From: an uncultured Clostridia bacterium
Lineage (GTDB): Bacteria; Bacillota; Clostridia; TANB77; CAG-508
Length of the DNA: 64,000 nt
Assembly: GCA_948805675.1 (NCBI GenBank)
Contig: CAQIBN010000003.1
Span: 16,527 to 80,526, forward strand
Direction of reading: 5' to 3'
Shown here: in pieces, positions 20,279-30,481 of the stretch
Layout of the letters: each line of letters begins with the position of its first letter
Numbering within the stretch: position 1 is the first letter of the stretch
Made by a program: the position numbers and the translations under genes
The notes under the pieces: generated by a model
Database searches by the model: none
Told to the model about the DNA's origin: nothing
The model's input: only the letters and a program-made list of their open reading frames with translations

Positions 20279-20851
20279 TTAGCCAATACCTCTTAAAGTG
20301 TAACCATAAGAGATATTACATGAGCGGCTACCACTGTAGTTTCCGTTTGCATCAGTTACTCTGAAGTAAATCTGAACTCTTCTGCCACTTACACCACTTG
20401 CTTGGACAGTAACACTACCGTTAGTAGTTGCACCAGACTTATTCTGAGCCAATACAGTACCAGAAGGATAGTCACGGATTTGCACTGTCAAAATTGACGA
20501 AGAGCTACAGGTAAAGTTAGTGTATATGGTGAGATATCTGTTCATGCTGTCATTCTGAGCAATTGTCTTAACCGGAGTTAAGTTATATCCCTCCATAGTA
20601 AAGTCACCAACATGTCTCTGCGTATAACCTGTGTAATCCCATGTTTCTACACCACCATAGGGTACAATTCCAGAACCGTCAGCGGTAGTAGGGACTTCAA
20701 GCAGTGTCCAGCCATCTTCGTCTGCCGTAAATTCGGCATTATCAACTGTAGTAGGTGGGATTTCTGATGCCCCAGCCATTAACGTCATAGGTGTTGTCAT
20801 CGACAAACACATAGCCAGTGTTAACAAAGTTGCAAAAAACCGTTTCATCAT
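20279..20851 (-). CDS. Secreted protein of unknown function. Markedly higher GC than its surroundings (about 42%), so likely foreign.
   Basis: Signal peptide 'MMKRFFATLLTLAMCLSMTTPMTLMA'. Its codon 4 is the only conventionally in-frame CGG(Arg) in the window. Flanked by terminator hairpins. Confidence 0.55.
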   Translation of the reverse strand: MMKRFFATLLTLAMCLSMTTPMTLMAGASEIPPTTVDNAEFTADEDGWTLLEVPTTADGSGIVPYGGVETWDYTGYTQRHVGDFTMEGYNLTPVKTIAQNDSMNRYLTIYTNFTCSSSSILTVQIRDYPSGTVLAQNKSGATTNGSVTVQASGVSGRRVQIYFRVTDANGNYSGSRSCNISYGYTLRGIG

Positions 20852-21159
20852 TATAAAACTCCTTTCAAATCACAAAGAACTCCTCTAGATTCCTGTGCAA
20901 AGTCATTACATAATGCACAATTATTATTATAGCATGTTAAAGACAAAATTCAAGCTTTTTATGATAAAAATTTCCATTTTTTTCCTACAATTTTCGACTT
21001 TTTTCGCATTACAGAAAAGGATATTTTTTAATAAATATTATTTAGTATTATTATAATGCTTTGATGAATCACTGTATATTTCTTTGTTCTGAATTTTCAG
21101 TGTATCTAGTTTTAGAGAAAATATTGGTAATTTATAATTTTACAGTATATAGTATTTTA

Positions 21160-21360
21160 TTATCTTAGAATATCAAAAATATGATTATATTTTTTTGTGA
21201 TAGATGAAATATCTTTTTTACTTGATGACATAATAAAATCCGTGATTTGAAGTTCTACTTTTCTTAATTCTTCAGTTGTACATTCTCTATCCTCTATTTT
21301 TACTCCTACATCTTCTAATAATTTAATATCATTAGTGGTACATTCATTAAATAAATTCAT
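21160..21360 (-). CDS. Small acidic hypothetical protein.
   Basis: 66-aa ORF. No recognisable motifs. Confidence 0.3.
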   Translation of the reverse strand: MNLFNECTTNDIKLLEDVGVKIEDRECTTEELRKVELQITDFIMSSSKKDISSITKKYNHIFDILR

Positions 21361-21536
21361 TATTTATCTCTCCTATTTTGATTTTATAAAATGATTATTA
21401 CATATTTAATATTATTTATCAATAAAATAGATAATACATTTTATATTTAATATATGTAATTTATTAATAATATTAAATATATGTATTATACAAAATAAAA
21501 AATAGATTACTATTTTTGTAGTAACCTGTGTTATTT

Positions 21537-22037
21537 TTATTTCTTTTTATTTTTTATATTTTTTAATGTATTTAATTCTTGTCTATGATTAAATTGAATA
21601 AATTGTTTTATAAATGTACAAATATATTCTAATTCTTCGATTGGTATTACATTTAGCATATAGTCTATTTTTCTTCTGATTTTTTCTCTATCTTTACTGT
21701 TGTTTTTATCTACTAATAATTCCTCTATTGTATAGCCAGTAATTTCAGAAATTTTTAAATATATTTCTATATTACTGACTTTACCAGTTGCATTTTCAAG
21801 TCTATTAGCAGTATGAATACTAATTCCTATTTCTTCAGCAAATTTTTCTCTTGATTGTTTTAATTCTTTTTCACGAATTTCTCTAATTTTTTTTCCAACA
21901 TTATGATAATCCACGATAAATTCCTCCTTATTTATTGTATATTGCATAGAAATAAAATTACATATCAATTTTGCATTATTTTTTGTATCAAATATGATAT
22001 AAAAAGAGGCTGAAATATCTGATATTAATAAATTCAT
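21537..22037 (-). CDS. XRE-family HTH regulator.
   Basis: 'REKFAEEIGISIHTANRLENATGKVSNIEIYLKISEITGYTIEELL'. An AAGGAGG RBS lies 8 nt before an in-frame GTG at 21914, so that is the likely true start. Confidence 0.55.
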   Translation of the reverse strand: MNLLISDISASFYIIFDTKNNAKLICNFISMQYTINKEEFIVDYHNVGKKIREIREKELKQSREKFAEEIGISIHTANRLENATGKVSNIEIYLKISEITGYTIEELLVDKNNSKDREKIRRKIDYMLNVIPIEELEYICTFIKQFIQFNHRQELNTLKNIKNKKK

Positions 22038-22301
22038 ATTTTAAAATATGTTCATATACGACAAAAAGTTCCAAAATATAGCCCTAAAATTCGACATATA
22101 TTTTTTAAAATTATAGTTATAATTTTGTCAGAATTTGTCTGTTAGAATTTGAAGTAACAAACATAGGAAGAATATCAAAGTTACAAATGATATTAATCTT
22201 TACTTTAAATTTCTAACAGTCATTTTTTATAAGGAGGGTTGATTTTTTAATTTAATATATCGTTACTTCCAAATTTTGATGGATAAATTCAAAATCATTA
22301 T

Positions 22302-22763
22302 TTGGAGGTTTTCATGAAAGATTATTTGAAGGAAGAACTTACACAAGAAGAAAGACTTATAATTATTGGTGTGATATGGAAAATATCACGTAAATTTAAA
22401 ATGTTATATTATAAAGAAAGAAAAAGATATTGTGAATTTAATGATACAGTTTGTATACCTGTAGAAGATGCATATCAATTTAGTGCTAATAATGTAAAAA
22501 TTGATATGAGATTATCTTGCCCACTTACTGATGAGCAAAAGTGTAATATTGTTATGAATTTTGATTCTCTATTAAGAGAATTAGGTTTATTTGAGATGAT
22601 AGGAACATTGACTTTTAATGAAAAGTTAGTGTTCTTTTTGTTTTCTATTGAAGATTACAAGAATTTTGAAGTTGCTTTATTATTAAAAAATACAGAAAAA
22701 ACTATTTTTAATCGAAGAAAATCTATAGAGCATAAAATAAATGATGTAAAGGGGAGAGTATAA
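22302..22763 (+). CDS. Hypothetical regulator (sigma-region-4/ArpU-like?).
   Basis: 153 aa with GGAGG RBS. The call rests only on weak sequence resemblance. Confidence 0.3.
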   Translation: MEVFMKDYLKEELTQEERLIIIGVIWKISRKFKMLYYKERKRYCEFNDTVCIPVEDAYQFSANNVKIDMRLSCPLTDEQKCNIVMNFDSLLRELGLFEMIGTLTFNEKLVFFLFSIEDYKNFEVALLLKNTEKTIFNRRKSIEHKINDVKGRV

Positions 22764-22764
22764 T

Positions 22765-22941
22765 ATGAGTACAGTTTTTAATAATTATAGTTTGTCAAAT
22801 GATGAAATAGAAAAAATTTTAGAAGATTTTAAAAATGAAATAAAACGAGCATCAAAATTAAACGGTAAAATTAATGAAGATTGCGAGCAAAAAATAATGA
22901 TTGGGATATACCAAAAATTAAGTAGAAATAGAAAAAAATAA
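22765..22941 (+). CDS. Small hypothetical protein (58 aa).
   Basis: ATG immediately follows the upstream stop. Basic C-terminus. Confidence 0.25.
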   Translation: MSTVFNNYSLSNDEIEKILEDFKNEIKRASKLNGKINEDCEQKIMIGIYQKLSRNRKK

Positions 22942-23038
22942 AAAATTTTTAAGAGAATTACCGATTTTTAATAAATTGATGGCATGTACCTTGTAGAAAG
23001 ATAAAAATTTCAATTAATACGAAAGGAAGGTACATGCT

Positions 23039-23233
23039 ATGAATATAAAAAGAGCTATTGAATATGCACAAGTTGCTTTAAAGAAAGCACAAGAAGAAAA
23101 CAAAATTGATAATAAACAACTCACAGCTAAACAATTAGGCGAGATAATGTGGCTTATGTACTATGCATATGATGATGAGCAAATACATACAAAAGCTACA
23201 AATATAATAAATAGTCTAGAATTAAAACAATGA
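23039..23233 (+). CDS. Small hypothetical protein.
   Basis: RBS 'GAAAGGAAGG'. 64 aa. Confidence 0.35.
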   Translation: MNIKRAIEYAQVALKKAQEENKIDNKQLTAKQLGEIMWLMYYAYDDEQIHTKATNIINSLELKQ

Positions 23234-23415
23234 TTAAAATTTTAATTATATTAATAATAGTAATGGTCAATTTTACTACTATATTAACAATATATAAAAT
23301 AAAAACAAATAAAAGAAACAGGAATAAGTGTATTTATAAAACACCTAAATTATCAAGTTTAAATGAAAAAGAGTTTTGTAAATATATAGATGATTTAACA
23401 AAAGATCTATATTAG
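23230..23415 (+). CDS. Small membrane protein.
   Basis: ATGA overlap with the upstream gene. One TM segment. Confidence 0.3.
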   Translation: MIKILIILIIVMVNFTTILTIYKIKTNKRNRNKCIYKTPKLSSLNEKEFCKYIDDLTKDLY

Positions 23416-23476
23416 TATTTTTGTATCTAAAAAGTGTTATATAAAAAGTCAACCATTACTAGCTGAAAGGTATGAT

Positions 23477-23905
23477 ATGAGTAACAAAGAAAATATTATT
23501 GTTTTATTTTTTGAAGAAAAATTATCAATAATAGAAATTGCAGATAAATTAAACATAACAAAACAATATGTATCTAAAATAGTTAGAAAAGATATTAGAT
23601 ATATAGAAGAGCGAGAAAATAGAAAATTAAAAAATAAAGAAAAACAAAAGAAAAGAGTTAAAAACTATATTTATAATAAAAGAAGAAATGAAAGACAAGA
23701 AAGATTAAATGCTATTGTAGAAATGCAACATATACAAGCAAGTTGCGAGTTATCAGGAAGAAATACTATTAATAATCGTGCATATAGAAATTGGAATAGT
23801 AGCATTTATGTATATAATAATTCCAAAAAGGAATATCAAATAAAGGAAGAATTAAAAAATAAAACATCTTATGCAATACCTAAAAAAATTAGCTGGAATA
23901 TATAA
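23477..23905 (+). CDS. HTH DNA-binding protein (sigma-70 region-4-like).
   Basis: 'LSIIEIADKLNITKQYVSKIVRKD' HTH, then a basic region. Confidence 0.45.
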   Translation: MSNKENIIVLFFEEKLSIIEIADKLNITKQYVSKIVRKDIRYIEERENRKLKNKEKQKKRVKNYIYNKRRNERQERLNAIVEMQHIQASCELSGRNTINNRAYRNWNSSIYVYNNSKKEYQIKEELKNKTSYAIPKKISWNI

Positions 23906-24074
23906 AAATATTTATTGTTTGTAATGTTAATAAATATAAAATTGTAAAAAATAAATAAATTAAATATGAAATGTTATATTAATTAAATAAAAATAATATT
24001 TTATATTTAAAATATTATAAAAAGATTAAGAAATAATTATTAAAAAATATTTTTATTTAGAAAGTGGTTTATTT

Positions 24075-24290
24075 ATGGAACAAAATAATCAGATGGATTA
24101 CTTAACACAGATGTTTAACAAATATGCAGATGTAGTAAATCCTAAACAATTAAAAGAGATGTTAGGAGGAAATGTAGGCACTAATAAGATATATCAATTA
24201 TTAAAAAATAAAGAAATATATAACAAAAAAGTTGGAAATAACTATATTATTCCAAAGTTAAGTGTAATTGAATTTCTAATGAGAAAATAA
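24075..24290 (+). CDS. Small DNA-binding protein, candidate excisionase/recombination directionality factor.
   Basis: 71 aa, immediately upstream of the integrase. The call rests on position only. Confidence 0.3.
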   Translation: MEQNNQMDYLTQMFNKYADVVNPKQLKEMLGGNVGTNKIYQLLKNKEIYNKKVGNNYIIPKLSVIEFLMRK

Positions 24291-24385
24291 AAAATAGAAA
24301 AAGGGCTGATTTTTTTACTGATTTACGTTATTATTTTAATGTAGTCAGTAGCAATTCAGTCATTTTTTGTTAGAGAGGAGAAAAA

Positions 24386-25711
24386 ATGATTAATGGATTA
24401 CAAGAAATTGATATAAATGTTACTGTTAGTTTACAAAAAAAAGGAGGGATTTATCAGGCAGTATTAAGCTATAAAGATATAAGTGATAACTGGAAAACAA
24501 AATGGAAAAGTACAGGAGTTAAAGTTAAACCTGGTAATAAGAAATTAGCAAAAGAAAAAGCAGAACGTATAAAGGAAAAATTTGAATCAGAAATGATAGA
24601 TAAGCTAAAACCTAAACATACTTCAGAGATAGAATATCAATTAAATATTGAATTTATAGATTTTATTAATGTGAGATTAGAAGAAGTTAATATTAAAAGA
24701 AAATATGAAAATAATACTTATGCAGGTTATAAATCAAACATAAATATTCATATGAAAGAATTTTTCGGCTCTTCTAAAAATACTAATGAAAATGAAGAAA
24801 CGGAGAATAAAGAGAAAGAGCAAATAAATCACAAAGATAAGAAGAAAAAACAAAATGAGCAGTATATTTATAAAGTTTGTGAAGTAACACCAGAGATAAT
24901 AGATAATTTTTTTACGTATTTATCTAAAGATTGTAAATTAAAGAACACTACTATAAAACATTTTAGGAATCAAATTAGTGTAGCATACGAATTATTGGAT
25001 AAAAAGGAAATAATGTCTAAGCCGACAAAAGGTACTGAACATTTAAAAGAAGAAGAATTTACACCAGAAACATATACTATGAAAGAATTAAATAAATTAC
25101 TTGAAATAGTAAAAAATGATGTAATAGAAATTCCTGTTTTCCTTGCAGCATATTATGGTCTTAGACGTAGTGAAGTAGTAGGGCTGAAATGGAGTGCAAT
25201 TGATTTTGAAAATGACTGGATATATATTAATCATACTATTGTTCAAGTATCTGGGTGTGCTAAAAAAACAGTTGAGGGAAAAATGATTGCTAAAGATAGA
25301 ACTAAAAGTATTCATAGTAATAGGAAATTACCTTTATATAAAGAAGTAAAAGATGTACTATTAAAGAAAAAAGAGAGAATTGAGCTAAATAAGCTAATAT
25401 TTAAGAATTGCTATAATAATACTTATTCTGAATATGTATGTGTAAAAGATGATGGCGATATAATAAAACCAAACCATATATCACACAGATTTCTGAAATT
25501 AATAAGAAGAAATAAAATGAGGGAAATTAGATTTCATGATTTAAGACATACACTAGGAACAGAGCTAAATGCTAATGGTATGGATTTAAAAGCAATAGGT
25601 GATTTTTTGGGGCATGGAAATTTATCTACAACTAAAAGATATTCACATCCAGATGATAGAATAAAGCGAAATGTTGCAAGTGCTTATGAGAATTTAATAC
25701 ATAATGGATAA
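24386..25711 (+). CDS. int: Tyrosine-type site-specific integrase.
   Basis: C-terminal catalytic region 'IRFHDLRHTLGTEL...LGHGNLSTTKRYSH' (R..H-x-x-R..Y). Adjacent to the 3' end of a tRNA gene. Confidence 0.8.
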   Translation: MINGLQEIDINVTVSLQKKGGIYQAVLSYKDISDNWKTKWKSTGVKVKPGNKKLAKEKAERIKEKFESEMIDKLKPKHTSEIEYQLNIEFIDFINVRLEEVNIKRKYENNTYAGYKSNINIHMKEFFGSSKNTNENEETENKEKEQINHKDKKKKQNEQYIYKVCEVTPEIIDNFFTYLSKDCKLKNTTIKHFRNQISVAYELLDKKEIMSKPTKGTEHLKEEEFTPETYTMKELNKLLEIVKNDVIEIPVFLAAYYGLRRSEVVGLKWSAIDFENDWIYINHTIVQVSGCAKKTVEGKMIAKDRTKSIHSNRKLPLYKEVKDVLLKKKERIELNKLIFKNCYNNTYSEYVCVKDDGDIIKPNHISHRFLKLIRRNKMREIRFHDLRHTLGTELNANGMDLKAIGDFLGHGNLSTTKRYSHPDDRIKRNVASAYENLIHNG

Positions 25712-25927
25712 GATAATAGACAAGAACCGAAGAATCAAAAGTCAAAACGATTTATAGTTAAAAGAAAAAATACTGAAAAAGAAATGCAAGAAGTTAATGC
25801 ATAAAAAAATAGTACATACATAACTGTATATACTATCAAATTTTTAGAATATCTAAAAAAAATACCCCCAATTTTTTAGATATTTGATAACTTTGGAAAA
25901 ATCAAAATCGCTGAAACGCTTGATAAA

Positions 25928-26004
25928 TGGTGAGCCAGGAGGGGTTCGAACCCCCGACCCCGGGCTTAGAAGGCCCGTGCTCTATCCAACTGAGCTACTG
26001 ACCC
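25928..26004 (-). tRNA. tRNA-Arg (anticodon UCU), with encoded CCA.
   Basis: The reverse complement folds as a cloverleaf 'GGGTCAG...GCACGGGCCTTCTAAGCCCGG...GGTTCGAACCCC...CTGGCTCACCA'. Anticodon loop is CTTCTAA. Confidence 0.85.
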
Positions 26005-26247
26005 ATAACATAAAATATAATAACATATTAAATATATATTGTCAAGAAAAAAATAAAAATAATTATAAAAATACGAGATAGTAAATTACTATTCAGCTAT
26101 AGTTATGGATAAAATGTGGAAAAGCAGCTTTAGTTATGAAGCCTTAAATACTTACAAACTATTTGTAGAATATTTAAGGCTTTATATTTACTATGGATGA
26201 CTAGTAACAATAAATTTATTAAATTATAGAGATTAAATATTAATAAA

Positions 26248-26571
26248 TTATTCTGGTAAGTTTATTCTTGAATTCTGTTTTTTGGGTCTATAAAGAGTTA
26301 CTTTATTTCCTATAGTTTGAACTAATATACTATTTGTAGAAATTGCTATTTCTTCGCCTAATTCTCTCACATTTGCTGGTGCAGATTCCAAAGTAGAAAT
26401 TTTTATTAACTCTCTGGCATTTATTGCATCATTTAATTGCTTTATTAAATTTTCAGATATACCAGATTTGCCTATTTGAAAAATTGGCTCTATAGTATTT
26501 GCTAGGCTTCGTAAATAAGCTCTTTGTTTACTTGTCATTATATACACATCACTTTCATAAATATTATACAT
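26248..26571 (-). CDS. YhbY/CRS1-family RNA-binding protein (CRM domain).
   Basis: 'KQRAYLRSLANTIEPIFQIGKSGISENLIKQL...LIKI' pattern. Confidence 0.6.
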   Translation of the reverse strand: MYNIYESDVYIMTSKQRAYLRSLANTIEPIFQIGKSGISENLIKQLNDAINARELIKISTLESAPANVRELGEEIAISTNSILVQTIGNKVTLYRPKKQNSRINLPE

Positions 26572-26599
26572 AATATTTTACTGCATAATTGTATGAAAA

Positions 26600-27201
26600 T
26601 CAATATATAAAACCAATAATTCCAAAAATTAAGAAAAGAATGCCAGAAACTCTTTGCATGGTTTTTTCAGATATTTTACTACTTAAGAGTTTTCCAAGAA
26701 AAATAGCTATTAAATCACTAATAATCATTCCTAGGATTGCTCCTATAATTAAAAGTATTTTATATTGAGGATATTGTATACCGTAACCCAATAGATGCTA
26801 AAAAAGTTTTATCACCGAATTCTCCTATAGCAATAGAAGCTCCTATAATTAACGAATAATTAATTGTATATTTTGAAAGCTTGCCAATTAAATTATTATC
26901 CTTATTATTTTTTTTATCATTTTTACTAAAAAATAAAGAAATAATACCAATTAGTATAAAAGATGAATATGTAATAATTTCTAATATGTCATGTAAGTTA
27001 CTATTACCTAAACCACCAAGTGCACTTCCAAATAGTATTGCTATTCCATGGCTAAAAAATGAACCAAGTGCTACACCAAGTAAGATTGTTCTAGTTTTTT
27101 GTTTTCCGAGTAAAAGATAGAACAAGTAATTGCGTTTTATCTCCAAGTTCAGATAAAAATATCATTATAAAAGATATAAATATGGGATAAATATATTCCA
27201 T
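26600..27201 (-). CDS. GDT1/UPF0016 (TMEM165-like) cation transporter. Interrupted at two in-frame CGG codons (plus-strand CCG at 27106..27108 and 26781..26783).
   Basis: Two E-x-G-D-K-T motifs ('ELGDKTQ', 'EFGDKTF') define the family. The full ~199-aa protein 'MEYIYPIFISFIMIFLSELGDKTQLLVLSFT|GKQKTRTILLG...ASIGL|GIQYPQYKILLIIG...' appears only when C is skipped at both CGGs. Track fragments: 26760..27146 and 26600..26791. Confidence 0.65.
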
Positions 27202-27345
27202 TTAAACCATCCTTTCTCTTATTCTTATTTTAATATATTCTGAAATGTAAATTCTATGTGAAAAAATAGAAAAAATATTGAAACATTAATTTATAAATGG
27301 TAATATCTTACATGAGAAAAATTAGAGATTAGGGGATAGGAGGAA

Positions 27346-28320
27346 TTGATATTGATACAAGTAAAAAACGTTACTAAAAAATATGGAAGTTTTGTAGCTA
27401 TAAAGAATTTTAGTTTTGAGATTAAACATGGAGAGGTAATAGGATTATTAGGACCAAATGGAGCAGGAAAAAGTACAACTATGAACATGCTAACAGGGTT
27501 TATAGAACCTTCAGAAGGAAGTATTACTATTAATGGAAATGATATTGTAAAAAATGCAAGTGAAGCAAAAAAAAGTATTGGTTATATGCCTGAGAATGTA
27601 CCACTATATTTAGATTTAACAGTGAAAGAATTTGTAAAATATATGGCAGAATTAAAATTCGTTTGTAGAAAGGAAAGAAATAAGCAAGTAGAAGAGATAA
27701 TAAAAGAAACTGGTCTTCAAGAGGTAGAAAATAAGTTAATTAGAAATTTATCAAGAGGATATAAACAAAGAGTTAGTATGGCAGGTGCTTTAGTTGGAAA
27801 GCCAGAAATATTAATATTAGATGAGCCAACAGTTGGATTAGATCCTAAGCAAATAGTAGAAATAAGAGAATTAATAAAAAAACTCGGAAAAGACCATACA
27901 GTTATTATTAGTTCACACATATTATCTGAGGTTAGCCAGATATGCGAAAAAGTTATAATTATTAATAAAGGAGAAATTGTTGCAATAGATACACCAAACA
28001 ATCTAGAAAATATGGTAGATAAGAATAATAGTATAATAGTTACTGTAGAAGATTCAGAAAATAAGATACAGAATTTAAATAAAAAAATAAAACAAATATC
28101 AAAAATAGAATTAATTAAAGACAATCAAGATGGAACAAAACAGTATGTTATTTATGCAAATCAAAATATAGATTTAAGGAAAACTTTATTTGATATACTA
28201 CCAAAGGAAAATATTACAATATTTGAACTTAGAAAATCAGAACCTACATTAGAAGAGGCTTTTATGAAATTAATTAATAAAGATATAGAAGGAGGAAATG
28301 AAAATGTGGGCAATAATTAA
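27346..28320 (+). CDS. ABC transporter ATP-binding protein.
   Basis: Walker A 'GPNGAGKST', signature 'LSRGYKQR', Walker B 'ILILDE'. Confidence 0.85.
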   Translation: MILIQVKNVTKKYGSFVAIKNFSFEIKHGEVIGLLGPNGAGKSTTMNMLTGFIEPSEGSITINGNDIVKNASEAKKSIGYMPENVPLYLDLTVKEFVKYMAELKFVCRKERNKQVEEIIKETGLQEVENKLIRNLSRGYKQRVSMAGALVGKPEILILDEPTVGLDPKQIVEIRELIKKLGKDHTVIISSHILSEVSQICEKVIIINKGEIVAIDTPNNLENMVDKNNSIIVTVEDSENKIQNLNKKIKQISKIELIKDNQDGTKQYVIYANQNIDLRKTLFDILPKENITIFELRKSEPTLEEAFMKLINKDIEGGNENVGNN

Positions 28321-28987
28321 AAAAGAAGTAAAAAGTTACTTTTTATCTCCAATAGCATATATTTTTATAGGTCTATTTTTACTTATGAGTAGCATATTTT
28401 TTTATTTGGATGTTTATGTTAGTGGGATTGTTAACCTAGAATACATGTTTTATTCTCTTTCTACAATATTAACATTTGTAATTCCAATATTAACTATGAG
28501 GATGTTTTCAGAAGAGAGAAAAACAGGCACAGAGCAAATTTTATATACTTCACCTAGAAGTATAACATCTATTGTTTTAGGTAAATTTATATCTGCTATT
28601 GTAGTAATGGTAGTTTGTGAAATTTGTACATTACTTTATTTGGCAATATTAATGTATTTTGGGAAACCTCATATAAGTACAATATTAATAACTCTTTTAG
28701 GCTTTTTACTTTTATCAATGGCATATATTGCTTTTGGTATGTTTGCATCAAGTATAACGGAAAATCAAATTATAGCTGGAGTTATTACTATAGCAGGATT
28801 TTTGGTAATTTGGTTTATGCCAGGATTTTATGATAAACTTTCGATTTTTTCACTTATAAATGTATTTTCGAATACATTTCCTCAAGGTATAATTACTTAT
28901 CAAGCAATAACACTATTTATGTCATTCACAATTTTATTTATTATATTAACGATAACGGTTATTGCTAGAAGAAAAAGTGTTAAATAA
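28298..28987 (+). CDS. ABC-2 type transporter permease.
   Basis: Six predicted TM helices. Overlaps the ATPase stop codon. Confidence 0.65.
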   Translation: MKMWAIIKKEVKSYFLSPIAYIFIGLFLLMSSIFFYLDVYVSGIVNLEYMFYSLSTILTFVIPILTMRMFSEERKTGTEQILYTSPRSITSIVLGKFISAIVVMVVCEICTLLYLAILMYFGKPHISTILITLLGFLLLSMAYIAFGMFASSITENQIIAGVITIAGFLVIWFMPGFYDKLSIFSLINVFSNTFPQGIITYQAITLFMSFTILFIILTITVIARRKSVK

Positions 28988-30434
28988 GGAGGAATTAAAT
29001 TTGAAAAAAATAATAAATGTAATAAAACAAAAGTGGTTAAAAGATACTATAATGACAACAATTCTTGTTATTATTATAATAGCTATTTTTATAATTTTAA
29101 ATTTATATATAAATACATTAAATACAAACCCTATAGATTTTACAAAGGAGAAATTATACACATTATCTGATGAATCTATTAATTTAATAAAAGATATTAA
29201 AGAAGATGTACATATTTATTTTTTTGGATATGAAGATGGAAATAAAACAGTAACACTTGCAAAACAATATGGAATAGCAAACAGTAAAATAACTGCAGAG
29301 GCAATAAATATAGATAAAAGGCCAGATTTAGCAAAAAAATATGGAGTTGAAGATAATACATCAGTTGGCATTATTATTGAAGGAAAAGATAGGTATAAAG
29401 TATTAACTCAAAGTGACTTTTATACTTATGATTTAACAACATATGAAACAATAGATGTTTCAGAACAAAAATTAACAAATGCTATTATCGATATAAGCAT
29501 AGCAAAAAAACCACACATATATTTTTTAACAGGACATCAAGAATATCTAACAAGTAATTATCTAATGACTTTAGGAGTTTTTATACAAAATGAAGTAAAT
29601 GACATTTCAGATTTAGACTTATTACAGACAAATATACCTGAAGATTGTGATACACTAGTAATACCAAATCCTACTAAGGATTTTTCAGAAGTTGAAACAG
29701 ATAAGATTTTAGATTATATAAATAAAGGTGGAAAAATATTATGGCTTGGTGAGGCAACAATAGAAGATGTAAATATGACAAATATAAATAAAATTTTGGC
29801 ACAATTTGGTTTTAGCTTTTCAAAAGGAATTATAATAGAAGAAGATTCTAGTAAGATGATACTTCAAAGTCCAGAGTTAATATTAACAGATATTTCATAT
29901 CATGATATAACAAACAATATTACTAATGTAGTAGTAGCAAGTGCAGGAAAGCTAAATATTGAAAATGATGAAAAGTTAAAAGAATTAAATGTTTCTGTAA
30001 ATACATTATTAAAAACAAGTGAAAAGTCTTTTTATAGAGAAGATTTTTCGATATCTACAACAATGAAAACAACTACTGATGAGAGTGGTTCATTTACAAT
30101 AGGCGCAGAGTTTATAAAGAAAATAAATGATAATACAGAATCAAAATTAATAGTATATTCAAATTGTAGTTTCGTAACTGATATGTCAATTACTAGTGGA
30201 AATTCTAAAAGTAAATTAATAAATTTATATAATAATAAAGACATAGTTTTAAATTCTATTGCATATTTAACAGATAGAGGAGATTCTATAAGAATTAGGA
30301 AGGATACTGGATATGTTACATATACAGCGACACAAATGCAGGATAATGTGGTTAGACTAATTATATTTGGTATTCCAATAATAATTATTGTAATGGGAAT
30401 TGTAATCTGGCAAATTAGAAGAAGAAAAAAATAA
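28962..30434 (+). CDS. ABC-transporter-associated GldG-like auxiliary protein.
   Basis: N-terminal TM, large extracellular domain, C-terminal TM with a basic tail. Position and architecture match GldG-like partners of ABC-2 systems. Confidence 0.45.
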   Translation: MLEEKVLNKEELNLKKIINVIKQKWLKDTIMTTILVIIIIAIFIILNLYINTLNTNPIDFTKEKLYTLSDESINLIKDIKEDVHIYFFGYEDGNKTVTLAKQYGIANSKITAEAINIDKRPDLAKKYGVEDNTSVGIIIEGKDRYKVLTQSDFYTYDLTTYETIDVSEQKLTNAIIDISIAKKPHIYFLTGHQEYLTSNYLMTLGVFIQNEVNDISDLDLLQTNIPEDCDTLVIPNPTKDFSEVETDKILDYINKGGKILWLGEATIEDVNMTNINKILAQFGFSFSKGIIIEEDSSKMILQSPELILTDISYHDITNNITNVVVASAGKLNIENDEKLKELNVSVNTLLKTSEKSFYREDFSISTTMKTTTDESGSFTIGAEFIKKINDNTESKLIVYSNCSFVTDMSITSGNSKSKLINLYNNKDIVLNSIAYLTDRGDSIRIRKDTGYVTYTATQMQDNVVRLIIFGIPIIIIVMGIVIWQIRRRKK

Positions 30435-30481
30435 GAGAATATAAATAATACTTCCTCATAAATTTTATGAGGGGGTTTTTT

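Noticed and set aside
20279-20851. The GC-rich gene as a toxin or bacteriocin.
   Set aside because: Only the signal peptide and the composition are evident. No recognisable toxin motifs are visible by eye, so it is left as a secreted protein of unknown function.
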